Shown piece by piece: positions 1 through 11,611 of a DNA stretch of 64,000 nt (position 1 is the stretch's first letter; every line of letters starts with the position of its first letter). The DNA is from Candidatus Hydrogenedentota bacterium (GTDB taxonomy: Bacteria; Hydrogenedentota; Hydrogenedentia; Hydrogenedentales; SLHB01). Position numbers and translations under genes: made by a program. The DNA is taken from positions 352,001 to 416,000 of the forward strand of contig CAVUWV010000008.1 in NCBI GenBank assembly GCA_963745075.1, given 5' to 3'. The notes beneath the pieces were generated by a model that ran no database searches, was not told the DNA's origin, and worked only from the letters and a program-made list of their open reading frames with translations.

Positions 1-3000
1 CCCGTCGTCGTCCGTACGCTGGTCGGCATCGACAATTGAAGTCTCGGGCTGCGTCGACGTGCCGTACACCTCAACGCCGGGCACAGGGTAGCCGGTTGCA
101 TCTTCCACGACACGGCCCTCCAGCACCAGGCCGGGCTTCAATTGGATATTCGCGGGTTCTCCACGCGAAATAACTTTACGCACCGCCATATAGTCTTTGT
201 CGGGCTTCAGTTCGACGGCATACGTGAGGGGCAGGTCGAAATTGACGTGCTCGACGTGGAACGCGCCGTGCGGTATCGGTGGGGCCAATCTCGTGCCGTA
301 GCCGTGGCTGTACCCGGTTCCCATATGTAACATGACCGCAAGACCCGGACGCGGGTGTGCCGTCGGGAAGCATAACCATGCCTTCGACCGGAATGCCTTC
401 CGCGAAGGTCAGATCTACTTTTTGAATCGGATGCCTTCGGTCAATTTCACGGGATTACTGAGTGTCGCGGCCGCAGCGTTCGTCGCGGCGACAACATAAG
501 TACCTCCCAACGGCAACGCCCCAAACAAATAGGCATTGCGGTCCTCTTCGGTCCCAACTGTCGAGCGGAAAGAGTCGTGATTCGGCGGCGACTTGGCCAG
601 TATAATCCAGACACGTGAACCGACCGGGCGACCCATTCGTGACATCTCCATAAATCGTACCGGCGGGATCTCGGCACGTTCACTACAAACGGCTCGTCGC
701 CTTCCGGGAACTTCGATTTCGAGTGGGGATTTTTCGACGTAGTAGCCGATGGTCCGATCCATGCGGTACGTAATTTTCGTCGGGACGGGCACCTCGTACC
801 GCACTTCTCCGTTCTCAATCGGCAGCGGACACATTCGAGATAGTAGTTGTCGCCGGGGTTCTTGATGTAGTCCAATCGAAACGTCCCCATTGGGCTGGGA
901 TGGCCCGCCGAGAACGTCGAATCGAAGAACGACGGTGCGTATTGGGCACGTTCCGGGCTCTCGGTTTCATCGGCGAGCTGGACCACAACGCCCTTCATCG
1001 GGCTCATGAACGTCAAGCGCAATCGTTCTTCCCCGCCGAAGATTTGACCGTGCCGGGCCATAGATCCTCGATCAAGAACTCACCCTTACCATCCTTCAAG
1101 GTCACGTCCGTGTCGCGAATCGTGCTGTAGTCCTCCCCCGCAAACCGGGCCATGGGACTGTATTCAAGCCGATACGAACCGTCCCACGTGGTGCCGGCGT
1201 CGGGGGCGCCTTCGACAATCCCCGAAATCGTCAATGGGGGTCCGAGTTTACCTCCACAGGGTCTTGGCCCGCGATCAACGGCCATCAAGCATCGTGCGGG
1301 CGCCGCTCGGTCCTTCGACGAAACACCAGTACCGGGTGCCTTCGGTGATCGTATCGAATACAATCCGGCCGCTCGACATCCGAGTCGGCGACGAACTATA
1401 GTTATGATCGAAGGGATCGGTGCCAGGGGATGTAACGGTTCCCGCGCTTCGCACGATGCCCAATCGCGCACCGGTGATGGGTTCGCCCGTTCTCCTTGGA
1501 GCGAACGTTTACGGTCACCGCGTGTGCAGGCGTCAATTTCCAGGCAACGGTCTCGCCGGGAGACAGAGACAACGTTTCCCTGCCTCGATTTCTTGGATAT
1601 CCGCCCTTGCGCAACGACGGTGGCAGCGATGGGCCGGTCCCAACAATGGTCCACCTTCGCGATGCGGCCGTTCGTCCTGGAATCCGGAGGTATTTCCATC
1701 CGGGGCATTTATGCCGTCGGCCTACGCGGGAACTTCCAGAGAATTGGGCGTTGGAAATGGCGCGTCCCTGCTGGTCTTCGACGGCGAACTGCCCGGTGGA
1801 CCCCCGCTGCAGTACCAGATCGACGTTTACCGCCCGGCGCGACGCGGCCGTCCAAAGACGGCCCCAGATCGCAAACGCGAAACCTTCCGCTCGGACCACG
1901 AATAATCCATCCCTGCGATACGCCTCCAATCGTAGAGCTCCCGTTCTTCACGGTGGCCGAGTGGCCCCCATCCTCGCGCTCATGGTAGAACTTTCAAGGT
2001 CGTACTGTTAGGGGTTCAGGCAACGGTACTCCGTCTGCCGTCGATATGGTTCCCATGAAGCTGAAATCTTGCGCCACTATCAGATTCCGGCTCTGCAAAC
2101 TTTCTTGAATCTCTGTCCGAGTCGCTCAATCCGCTCCTGCGGGCTCATCGCTTCCGCAAACAGTTTCACGCCGAGATAGCTGAACCCGCCGAACGCGGCG
2201 AGCAGCACGGTGGCCACGGCGAACAACGCGATCAGGCTGTACCACGGCAAACGGAGTGCGGGACGGTCGTGGGGCTTGAGGATGCGGCGAATGCGGTCGA
2301 GCATGGTGCGTTCCGGTTGGGGGCCGCTCATGGCGAGCGTGGGGGAGGGGGACAGCGCGTGCGCCGCGAAGGCCGCCAGGGCATGGGCGTAATCGGTCGC
2401 GCCGCCGGTGCATCGAATGGCCAGCGCGTCACAACACGCTTCCCGCTCGACGCGAATCTGACGGCTGATCCACCACACCGCCGGATTGAAGAACAAGCAG
2501 CGTCTCCACCAGCAGTTGCGCGAGGTTCACGAGATAGTCGTAGCGCCGGATATGGGCGAGTTCGTGGGCCAACGCGGCGCGCAAATGGTCCGGCGGCACA
2601 CCGGTCATCACGTAGGCGGGCAGCAGGATCGCCGGCGACAGAATGCCCATGACCATGGGACCGTCAATCCGGTCCGACACCCGCAACGCTACATCCCCGG
2701 CGACGCCGAGCGCCTCACGCAGTTCGTCAAGGATGGACTGCATGCCGTCGTTATCGCAAAGAACGCTCCCCCGCCGCAGCCGCCCCGCGCCCCGCACGAG
2801 AAGCGTGGTGCGAACGGCCATCACCAACACGCCCGCCAGCCAGGCGTCGGCCAGCCAAGCGCGCCAGGGGAACGGTGCACTGTGAGTAGGCTCATACGCT
2901 CCCGCCGAAGCTGTTTCCGCGCCGCTGGCATTCGATCGGTCAGATCCGACCGATCGGTCCGGTCCGTCAGATCCGACGCCGCGGCCGCATGAGCGGTCGC

Positions 3001-3235
3001 AGTCTCCCCGGCCCGTTCCAGGTAGACCAGCGCCGACCACGTCACCAGCCATCCGGCGACGACGAATACAAGCCCCGCCAGGCACCAGCCATAGCGCCGC
3101 TCCGGATCGCGTTGCCGGAATGCGCCGTAACATGACCCACAACACCAACACCGCCAGCACGCCCTGCCACAGCGTGTGGAGCAGGGCCATGGGCAATTGC
3201 GCCCAGGCATCGAATACCCACGATGGCACGATCAT
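1..3235 (-). CDS. BlaR1/MecR1-like M56 metallopeptidase fused to a long extracytoplasmic beta-rich region; multiply frameshifted, runs off the window start
   Basis: LLHTLWQG, HELAHIRRYDYLVNL (HExxH) and FFNPAVWWISRQIRVEREACCD across ORFs 2429..3235, 2821..3210 and 2080..2496; downstream fragments in several frames; overlaps the blaI-like stop. Confidence 0.85.
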
Positions 3236-3630
3236 TTCCTGCGCCCCCGTTTCAAAGCGGCCTCATGCTCCGCAATCAGCGCGCGGATTTCATCCAATTC
3301 CTCGGCGGAAACCGTATTCTCCGCCAGCAGATGCTGCACAGCCGTCGACGGACTTCCCCCGAATACATTCGCGACCAGTTGCCGCAGCATGGGACCCAGC
3401 ACCTGCCGTTTCGTCACCGCCGCCGAATACCGGTGCGCGCGCCCCTCCGGCCGGTGTTTTACCAGACCCTTCTTCTCCATTACCTGCAATACCGACAGCA
3501 CCGTCGTGTACGCGCGCCGCTTGCCATCCGGCATCTGGTCGCTCATCTCCCGCGCGGTCAAACCGCCTTCCCGCCACAGCACGGCGAGGACCTGCAACTC
3601 CAACTCCGACGGACGGGCGATAGGGCTCAT
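3232..3630 (-). CDS. BlaI/MecI/CopY family transcriptional repressor
   Basis: SELELQVLAVLW...YTTVLSVLQVMEKKGLV...YSA wHTH signature; GGAGGAG RBS; directly upstream of the M56 gene. Confidence 0.93.
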   Translation of the reverse strand: MSPIARPSELELQVLAVLWREGGLTAREMSDQMPDGKRRAYTTVLSVLQVMEKKGLVKHRPEGRAHRYSAAVTKRQVLGPMLRQLVANVFGGSPSTAVQHLLAENTVSAEELDEIRALIAEHEAALKRGRRK

Positions 3631-3648
3631 GACGGCTCCTCCGGGTTT

Positions 3649-3691
3649 CTACTATGTTCATAGTATCTACTAGAGACATAGTATCTGTCAA
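3649..3691 (-). promoter_or_regulatory. Sigma70-type promoter with two tandem palindromic operators TACTA-N6-TAGTA
   Basis: tACTAtgttcaTAGTa (3650-3665) and tACTAgagacaTAGTa (3668-3683), 18-bp period; TTGACA on minus strand at 3686-3691. Confidence 0.8.
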
Positions 3692-3892
3692 GCTTTTTTT
3701 GCGGAAACGGAGGGCGGGTTTTCCAACCCGCCGCCGAATGCCTGTCCGAACGGAATGTCACGATGCACAATAACAGGGGACTATGGTGAACAACCCCAAA
3801 CCGGGAAGACGCCCTGGGCCCCTATCCATAATCATCGTAACGGACTTTCCCACCTATCACGTCCGCCTCGAGTAGCCGAAACGGCAAGCAAA

Positions 3893-4036
3893 GTAGGACG
3901 GGAATGGTTCCCGTCCAGGGAATTTTGAGAGCGGTGTCCGACTGGAACAGCCCGTATGTTCGGGGCAAGTATGTGGGAATGCCGCGGGCCTGGAGAGGCT
4001 GAGAATGGGACAGGACGGGATTCATTCCCGTCCTAC
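3893..4036. repeat. Inverted pair of GTAG-type REP palindromes (REPIN-like)
   Basis: GTAGGACGGGAATGGTTCCCGTCC at 3893-3916 and an inverted, near-identical copy at 4013-4036. Confidence 0.8.
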
Positions 4037-4119
4037 TCAGAAGCCCGCACCGCGACCGCTCGACCATTTTCGTGGTAGCATGGCGGGACGGTGACTCGAC
4101 ACTTGGAAAGGGTGCGTCT

Positions 4120-5272
4120 ATGCGTAGGGGATTCTCTATTTTCGTGTTGTCATGTGCGGTTTTCGGCGGCGGATTCCATGCTGCCGGCGACGAGGCTACG
4201 GCCGGAGACTGGCAATCGGTGAAAACGCCGGACGGTGTGCTGGCTGTGCATCCCGACGTGGAGTGGAAATCAACCCTCCCGCAAGGGCCCTTCGTGCGCC
4301 TCGGCGACGGCGGCATCCTCGGCGTGAGCGGCACGAACGTATTGGTCAGCCACGACGAAGGTGAGACGTGGGAGACGCGGCCCCTCTTCGCGCCGGACCA
4401 GGATCTGAAGGTGTCGTCGGAGCGCGCCATGGTGCGCACAGCGAACGGGACCATCGTGCTCGTGTTCATGAACATGACCGCGTACACGTGGAAATGGAAC
4501 GCGGAGAAAAGCCTGCCCGAACCCGATTCTGAACTCGACGTGTGGTCCATCCGCAGTGTCGATGATGGCAAGACCTGGATCGACGCGCAGAAGATATATG
4601 ACGGTTACTGCGGCGACGTGCATAGCATGATTCAGACGAGCCAAGGCACGCTGATCACGCCGGTGCAGGAGCTGATGTACGAAGACGGCCGCCACGCGCT
4701 GCGCCCGCGCTACTCGACCGATGACGGCAAGACCTGGCACCGCTCGAACTTCCTCGACATCGGCGGGCGCGGCCATCACGATGGGCTGATCGAAGGCACG
4801 TTGACCGAACTGCGCGACGGCCGCGTCTGGCTGTTGTGCCGCACGAACCTCGGCCAATTCTGGTCCGCCTATTCCGGACAACCAGGGCGAAGACTTTCGC
4901 GTCCTGCAACCTTCCGGCATCCCCGCGAGCAGTTCGCCCGGAACGTTGACGCGCCTCGCCAGTGGACGGCTCCTGCTCGTGTGGAACCGGCCCATCCCCG
5001 AAGGACTCGACGCGACACCGGAAAACCTTATGCGCGGCGGCGACAACCAATGGTCGGACGAACGCGTCAGCAACCACCGCGCCGAACTGTCCGTAGCCTT
5101 TTCCGAAGACGACGGCGCGACGTGGTCGACGCCGGTTGTGATCGCACGCCGCCCGGGCGCGTCGTTGGCGTACTCGTACGTCTTCGAAGCGCAGCCCGGC
5201 GAAATCTGGGTGACGACCATGCAGGGCGATGTGCGCGTGGCGTTTGAGGAAGGGGATTTATTGGGGCGGTGA
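4120..5272 (+). CDS. Secreted sialidase-like BNR/Asp-box repeat protein; frameshift near 4880
   Basis: Signal peptide; Asp boxes SHDEGETW, SVDDGKTW, STDDGKTW, SEDDGATW; C-terminus in ORF 4946..5272. Confidence 0.85.
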
Positions 5273-5277
5273 TCCGA

Positions 5278-5358
5278 GGGACAACAGGAACAACACGAAC
5301 GTGTGTTTCCTGAGGTGCGCTCTGTTCTTCCGAGTCCTTGCTGTCTCTGTTGTCCCTG
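5278..5358. repeat. Inverted cassette of ~9-nt period repeats
   Basis: gggacaacaggaacaacacgaac ... gtccttgctgtctctgttgtccc directly after the stop codon. Confidence 0.65.
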
Positions 5359-5912
5359 GCAAGCTTCCCGGCTACGTCGCGGATCGGCGCCTCAGCACCG
5401 CAAGAGAAAAGAGCAGGAACGCGTTCAGCGTACCGACGATAATGGGTGGCACGATGTTGGACACCGTACGTTACAGGAGGGCCCAGCCCGGCCCAATCGC
5501 CACCTTCGCGCTTTGTTACCTGAGTACACCGAAACCGTTAACCGTCAGGAGATCATGCCGAGCGATTCGGAAACCGAACAGGAAGACCTCAGTAACGCGG
5601 GGGGCGCCAGACCGATCGAGTGGACAAAAATAGAAAGCAACACAGCCCCGCGTACCATCCGGGAATGCCAGTAGGCTATTCCGGCCTGGCTAGCGATACG
5701 ATTAGTCACCTGGGCGTATCCGTGTGACGATCGGTAACGAACCCACGGCGAGCATGCCCATTTCCGCAGGCGCATACGATGCAGATGAGTGCCGCCAACA
5801 CGAGACCAATACGGTCCAACACTCAACCGGCGCAGATTCTGTGGACCGGAAAGCCGTAACGGAATCGCTCGGGATGGATGAGGTCATGCACTTCGTCTCC
5901 CAAAGGCTCGCC

Positions 5913-6459
5913 CTAGTCTCGTCCAAGCGGCGCAGCTTCGCAAGCGGCAGAAACAAGAAGCGCGCAGAGCGCGCCGACGAGGAGAGGCGGCGTCACGCAA
6001 AAGACGTAAGAGGCAAGAACGGCAATCCCCTTCCAATCACCGCCTTTCGCTTCGGACTCCATCGCGACCAGGAAACCCAGGATGGACTGGACAATCATCA
6101 CCGCAATCCCGGCAAACAGGATTCTCCGAGTTACGCGAAGGACAGCCGATCGATCGGGACGCGAAGTAAACCAGGCAACTCAGCCCGGCCAGGATCGGGG
6201 GTATGGACGTAACGCAGCCGGCAAAGCCCCACAGCAGCGCTAAATCCTGAGAATTTCCGTAGGGAGCATTTAGAAACGCCACTGCCACAGAGCCAATGAA
6301 CGCCGAAAGTGCGAGGCACAGGACTGCTGCCGCAACACCGAGCACCGTCCAACGAAGCGAATGAGTCCGGCGCGTCGATGACACGGTACTCTCTGGACTT
6401 TGTGGGGCGGTTGCCATAGCAAATGCCGGCTCCCCTGCTCGTGGATGCTTGCAGCTCAC
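5913..6459 (-). CDS. Possible frameshifted or degenerate membrane protein
   Basis: Hydrophobic segments in ORFs 6037..6459 and 5913..6101 with an internal similarity (CVTSIPPILAGL / CVTPPLLVGAL); no family recognised. Confidence 0.35.
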
Positions 6460-6665
6460 CTTCGCGCGTTAGCGTAGCGTGCCTTTCACGGAAATGCAAA
6501 GGCACGACGTTCGCGGCGATACCCATCGGTGACTGGTCGATCCTCATCGCCGACGCGGCTGCGCCACCCGCGTGCACCGAGCGACGAAAAGGAGAGCGGG
6601 GTTTCCTACCCGCCGATACCCTGGCCTACGTTCCGGGGAATTGATTGACCCACAGCAATTGCACG

Positions 6666-9296
6666 CTACCCGCCCGCCCCTTTCGGCCACTCGGCAACGA
6701 CCGCGTCCCAGAACCCCTGATCGGCGTCTGCTTCGGTTCCGGTAAACGCAAAGTCCTGCTGCAAGGTCTGACCGGTGGCGATGGTTTGCTCCAAACCCGT
6801 GGGCCACGCGCCGCGCGAGTTGGGTTCCAGTTTCCGATAGACCGTAAAAGTCACCGTGCCCGCGGGGACATTCTCCATTCGGTACGTCCCATCCGCCTGC
6901 ACCGGAACCATGATGTGCTCCCGCACGCCCGACGCGTCCACGCAGTCGATCCCGACGCCCATGTTCGGCAACGGCACATCGTTATAGGTCACCACGCCTT
7001 TAACAATGCATTCCTGAGCCGGGAAGACAAAATCCGCGACCGTGGTCTGGCCGGCCTCCACCGCAATGGGAAGGAATCGCATGCATTCATTCATGATGCC
7101 GGGCCCCAGCGAGAAACTGGCGCGGATTTGCCCTTCGCACGCGGACACGTGGTCCATAGCGTACCGGCCCTCCGCATCGGTTTGTGTTGCGGTCCCGCCC
7201 GTTCGAGCGCCTTTCTCAACGAGCAGTTCGATGTGCGCCCCGGCCACCGGTTGGTCGCCAAGCAGAACGCGCCCTTCGATGGCACCGCCGCCGCCGAGCG
7301 TAATGGTTACTGGCGCAGGAGGATTCTTGGTCAGGTCGACCGCGGCAACACCACCGGGCTGGTGATCGGCCTGATACGCCGACACCCACGAACAATCTTT
7401 GGACACATCTTCCAGCACGAACCGGCCGTCGCCGTCCGTGTGCGCCCGCGCTAGCTTGGGGTAGTCCATCGCATACACGCGAGGAATCGGCCCCTCGAAT
7501 ACCAACGCATCCGCAACGGGCGCGTCTGTCGCATCGACCACCCGGCCTTCCACCGAAATGCCCCGCTCAAGGGCAATGACTACGCCAGATGTCGTTACGC
7601 CCGGTTCGATCATTTCACCGGTATGAAACGCCACCGCCCGGCCGGGCGCGCGGACGATCAGGGTTACGTTGCCCGTTTGTGCGTTTTGCAGCGCAAACCG
7701 TCCGGCCTCGTCATGCACGGGTCGCAACGTATAGTCCATACCCCAGGAGAAATCCCGCTGCCAGCCGTCCGCCCAGGCGATCGAGAAATCCGGCAACGGC
7801 GTTCCGGATTCCGCCGCGACGACCTGGCCTTCAATGACCCCTTGACCGCCCAGCGCCAACTCGAACCCCTCGGGATTCGCCACACAATTTGCGAGAAACG
7901 CCGAACCGTACTTCGGATGGGACGCATACATATTGAACGGGCCGTCTTCAAACCGCGTAAACGAAAACTCGCCCTCGGAATTCGTCCGTGCTTCGACCAG
8001 CGGCCCGCCTTTTGAGGAAACCTGCGCATCCGCAACCGGCTTGCCTTCGACGTCCATCACCCGGCCGAAGATTCGGACGCCCTGCGTGCGGTCGTAGACG
8101 ATCTTCATATCGTCAATGGACTCACCTTCGGCGAGCGTAAAACGCTTAAACGATTTCGTCGTGTAGACCGTGGTTCCCGGCAGCAACAATTCCACGTCGT
8201 ACGTGCCCGGCGCTAGGCCGTTCACCGTAAAGGCGCCTTCATCATCGGTCTCGCTCCAAATACTGCCTTTCTCCAATTCTTCCGTGCCGTCCTCTTTCAC
8301 CGTGACCATCCGGGGCAGGATTTTCACATCAGGCATCAGTTTGCCCGTCTCGTCGATCACGTGTCCTTGGATCTGGGGTGACGTTGCGGTCGCGGGCTTG
8401 CCAACGTCAGGTTCGTTCGCGCCAGACGCCACGCTGCCGAGCAGTTGGTTAAAGATCCCTTCACCGGCAGGTGTCTCCGGCGCTGCGTCATTCGTCGCGA
8501 CCACGGGCGGTAGCGGCGGAGCTTTCTCTTCTCTGTTCAATGCCTTCCAAAGTCCAAACCCGCCGACCGCGACCACCACCGCGACCAACGCAATTACCTT
8601 CGGTATAGCCAACGCGGACACGGATGCGGTGGTCCCCGCGAGTCCAGCTGACCCCGTTGCTGCCGTCACCTTCCACGCAACCGGAGCCGCGGCCACTGCG
8701 CCCATAACCTTTTCGACACGCTCCTCGCGAGGCGGCACCTCCGCCGGCGTTTCGCCCAACGCGCGAACCAACCGCTCGCTCAGTACTTCCCGCGCACGAA
8801 CGAGGCGTTTCTGCGCGGCCGCCCGCGAGATATCCAGGATCTGCGCCACTTCGCGCAACGAGTGTCCCGCGAAGTAGTGGAGCAGGATTACCTCGCGCGG
8901 CCCGGCTTCCATCGCCATGAGCTGCGCCCGCACGACCTCATATTCGTCACGCTGTTCCGGTTTCGGTGTTACGTCGGTATTCCTGGGCAGTTGTTCCACA
9001 AGCTTGTCCCTGCGTTGGCGTTTGCGGACCAGGTCGATAGCGGCGTTCCGCGTCAGCGCGGCCAGCCAGGAACCGAAACGCTTGCGGTCCCGCAACGTGT
9101 CCAGGGATTGGTAGGCTTTGAGGAAGGCGTCCTGCGCCGCGTCCTCCGCGTCGGCGTGGTTCCCGCGTATGCGCAAGGCTACGGCGTGCGCCGTTTGCAG
9201 GTACCGCTCGACCAGGCGCGAAAAGGCCTGCTGAGTACCCGCAAGCGTATTGCGCACCAATTCGTCGTCGGATGTCTTCTGCGATCGAAACATCAT
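6666..9296 (-). CDS. ECF sigma factor fused via a TM helix to carboxypeptidase-regulatory-like repeats
   Basis: Sigma2 (DAEDAAQDAFLKAY...FGSWL) and sigma4 (REVILLHYFAGHSLREVAQIL); TM VIALVAVVVAVGGFGLW; repeated GRVVD..G.PVA.A and TD..GRF motifs; GGAGG RBS. Confidence 0.9.
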   Translation of the reverse strand: MMFRSQKTSDDELVRNTLAGTQQAFSRLVERYLQTAHAVALRIRGNHADAEDAAQDAFLKAYQSLDTLRDRKRFGSWLAALTRNAAIDLVRKRQRRDKLVEQLPRNTDVTPKPEQRDEYEVVRAQLMAMEAGPREVILLHYFAGHSLREVAQILDISRAAAQKRLVRAREVLSERLVRALGETPAEVPPREERVEKVMGAVAAAPVAWKVTAATGSAGLAGTTASVSALAIPKVIALVAVVVAVGGFGLWKALNREEKAPPLPPVVATNDAAPETPAGEGIFNQLLGSVASGANEPDVGKPATATSPQIQGHVIDETGKLMPDVKILPRMVTVKEDGTEELEKGSIWSETDDEGAFTVNGLAPGTYDVELLLPGTTVYTTKSFKRFTLAEGESIDDMKIVYDRTQGVRIFGRVMDVEGKPVADAQVSSKGGPLVEARTNSEGEFSFTRFEDGPFNMYASHPKYGSAFLANCVANPEGFELALGGQGVIEGQVVAAESGTPLPDFSIAWADGWQRDFSWGMDYTLRPVHDEAGRFALQNAQTGNVTLIVRAPGRAVAFHTGEMIEPGVTTSGVVIALERGISVEGRVVDATDAPVADALVFEGPIPRVYAMDYPKLARAHTDGDGRFVLEDVSKDCSWVSAYQADHQPGGVAAVDLTKNPPAPVTITLGGGGAIEGRVLLGDQPVAGAHIELLVEKGARTGGTATQTDAEGRYAMDHVSACEGQIRASFSLGPGIMNECMRFLPIAVEAGQTTVADFVFPAQECIVKGVVTYNDVPLPNMGVGIDCVDASGVREHIMVPVQADGTYRMENVPAGTVTFTVYRKLEPNSRGAWPTGLEQTIATGQTLQQDFAFTGTEADADQGFWDAVVAEWPKGAGG

Positions 9297-9396
9297 GTCC
9301 AATTGTCCTCCCGACAAGTAGACGTATCAGCGCCGGAAGTGCAGACATAGTATAAAGGCGCGGAATGCGCTGCGAAAAAGTCGGACTTCCGCAGAC

Positions 9397-9430
9397 AGAT
9401 CGGTCCGATCCGTCGGATCCGTCCGATCGG
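9397..9430. repeat. 9-nt period repeat (gatcggtcc/gatccgtcg)
   Basis: agatcggtccgatccgtcggatccgtccgatc; a related copy lies at 2934-2976. Confidence 0.65.
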
Positions 9431-9551
9431 GATAAGCTCTTGACCGCCGCGCCTTGTCCATTCGGTCCCTGCCGTGTACCATGACTGCCAAACCTCCCGA
9501 TCGCCGAAACACGAGCAATTGCTCCACGAAGCAAGAAGGGAACCCATCACC

Positions 9552-10853
9552 ATGCGCAATCCAACGACCTTCTTTCCGTGCCTTTTCCTCAGTATTCTTA
9601 CCGCCGCCATGCTGATGGGCTGCGGCGGCGAGAACAACGAATCCGGCGTCACCGTGGTGAAGGCCTGGGCGCACAACGGTCAGGAACCCGAACGCCAGGC
9701 CTTGCGGCAATTCGTCGAGACCTTCAATCAAGACCATCCCGACATCCGCGTCGAACTGACGCTGTTGCCGGACGGGTCCTACAACGCGCAGGTCCAATCT
9801 GCTGCGCTGGCCGACGACTTGCCCGATCTCCTCGAGTTCGACGGGCCCTTTGTCTACAACTACTGCTGGCAAGGCCATCTCATCCCCATCGATTCCATGG
9901 TTACGGAGGCGCAACGCGACAACATCATTAAACCCATCCTCGAACAGGGCACCTACCGCGACCACCTCTATTCTCTGGGCATGTACGATTCGGGGCTCGC
10001 ACTCTACGCGCGCAAGAGCATGCTGGAGGCCGTGGGCGCGCGCATCCCAAAAGGGCCGGACGACGCGTGGTCGGTGAAAGAGTTCGACAGCATCCTTGCC
10101 GATCTCGCCGCGAACGATGACGACGGCCAGGTACTCGATCTCAAGTTGAATTACACCGGCGAATGGTTCACGTACGCGTTTTCCCCTGCGCTGCAGTCCG
10201 CGGGCGGCGATCTGATCGCACGGCCGGACTACCAAACCTCGGAAGGCGTGCTGAACGGTCCCGAGTCCGTCGGCGCCATGAAATGGTTTCAGCAATGGGT
10301 CCACGAGAAACATTATGTGGATGCGAATGTGGACGATGACGCCTTCACGGGCGGGCGTGTCGCCCTATCCTGGGTCGGCCACTGGGAGTATCCCCGTTAT
10401 GCCAAGGCGCACGGCGACGACTTGATTCTGATCCCCCTGCCGGACTTCGGCAAGGGCACCCGCACCGGACAAGGTTCGTGGAATTGGGGAATCACTAAGC
10501 ATAGCGAACATCCCGAAGCGGCCATGCAGTTTCTCTCCTTCCTCATGGAAGATCCGCAAATCCTGACCATGACGGAAGGGAATGGCGCCGTCCCCGCGAC
10601 CAAGAGCGCGATTGCCAAATCGGAGTCCTATCAGGAAGGCGGCCCCTTGCGGCTGTATGTGGACCTGCTCACGGGCGGGTATTCTGTTCCCCGTCCGAAG
10701 ACTCCCGCCTATCCCGTCATTACTTCCGTGTTCCAACAGGCCTTCGACGATATCATCAACGGAGGCGACGTCCAGGCCGACCTCGACGACGCCGCGGCCG
10801 AGATCACGGAAGACATCAAGGACAACCAGGGCTACCCGGCACAGGGCGAATAA
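9552..10853 (+). CDS. Sugar ABC transporter substrate-binding lipoprotein (no adjacent permease)
   Basis: Lipobox LMGC; FNQDHPDIRVEL, DLPDLL and LYARKSML motifs typical of SBP family 1. Confidence 0.9.
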   Translation: MRNPTTFFPCLFLSILTAAMLMGCGGENNESGVTVVKAWAHNGQEPERQALRQFVETFNQDHPDIRVELTLLPDGSYNAQVQSAALADDLPDLLEFDGPFVYNYCWQGHLIPIDSMVTEAQRDNIIKPILEQGTYRDHLYSLGMYDSGLALYARKSMLEAVGARIPKGPDDAWSVKEFDSILADLAANDDDGQVLDLKLNYTGEWFTYAFSPALQSAGGDLIARPDYQTSEGVLNGPESVGAMKWFQQWVHEKHYVDANVDDDAFTGGRVALSWVGHWEYPRYAKAHGDDLILIPLPDFGKGTRTGQGSWNWGITKHSEHPEAAMQFLSFLMEDPQILTMTEGNGAVPATKSAIAKSESYQEGGPLRLYVDLLTGGYSVPRPKTPAYPVITSVFQQAFDDIINGGDVQADLDDAAAEITEDIKDNQGYPAQGE

Positions 10854-10892
10854 TAATCGGTGTTACAATGTTTAGAGTAATTGAGACGCAAC

Positions 10893-11543
10893 ATGGGAGC
10901 GCGTATGAAGGTAAGTAAACTCCGGGAGGAAATTGCAAACAGCATCACCCACGGCATCGGGTTTCTTCTCAGCGTCGTGGGTCTCGTGGTCCTGGTCGTG
11001 TCCGCATCCATCGAAGGCGACCCCTGGAAAGTCGTCAGCTTCACGGTATACGGCTCGTCCCTGGTCGCCCTGTATCTCGCTTCGACCTTCTACCATAGCT
11101 TTCATTCCCCCCGCCTGAAACACGCGCTGCGCGTCATCGATCACTGCGCCATCTATTTGCTCATTGCCGGGACCTACACGCCGTTTACGCTCCTGAATAT
11201 GCGGGGACCCTGGGGATGGACCCTGTTCGGCGTTATTTGGGGATTGGCCGCCATCGGCATTGGCGCGAAAGCATTCCACGTGGACCGCTATCCCATCCTG
11301 ACGCCGCTCATCTACATCGCCATGGGGTGGTTGGGCGTTATCGCGCTACGACCCACGCTGGAAACGATTCCCGCGGGCGGCATCGCGCTGCTGGCTGCCG
11401 GCGGAATCACCTACACCGTCGGCGTGATTTTCTACGCCCTCGATCGCCTGCCTTACAACCACGCCGTCTGGCATCTCTTCGTGCTCGGCGCCAGCGCCTG
11501 CCATTTCTTCGCCGTCTTCTTCTACGCCATGCACGCCGGCTGA
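10893..11543 (+). CDS. Hemolysin III / PAQR family membrane protein
   Basis: EEIANSITHG, STFYH, DHCAIYLLIAGTYTP, HAVWHLFV. Confidence 0.95.
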   Translation: MGARMKVSKLREEIANSITHGIGFLLSVVGLVVLVVSASIEGDPWKVVSFTVYGSSLVALYLASTFYHSFHSPRLKHALRVIDHCAIYLLIAGTYTPFTLLNMRGPWGWTLFGVIWGLAAIGIGAKAFHVDRYPILTPLIYIAMGWLGVIALRPTLETIPAGGIALLAAGGITYTVGVIFYALDRLPYNHAVWHLFVLGASACHFFAVFFYAMHAG

Positions 11544-11611
11544 CGCCCGCTCCTTGACTGAGGAATTCCATCCCGCCACAATCGTGTCCGGCTGGTTCAA
11601 GGAGGAATTCC

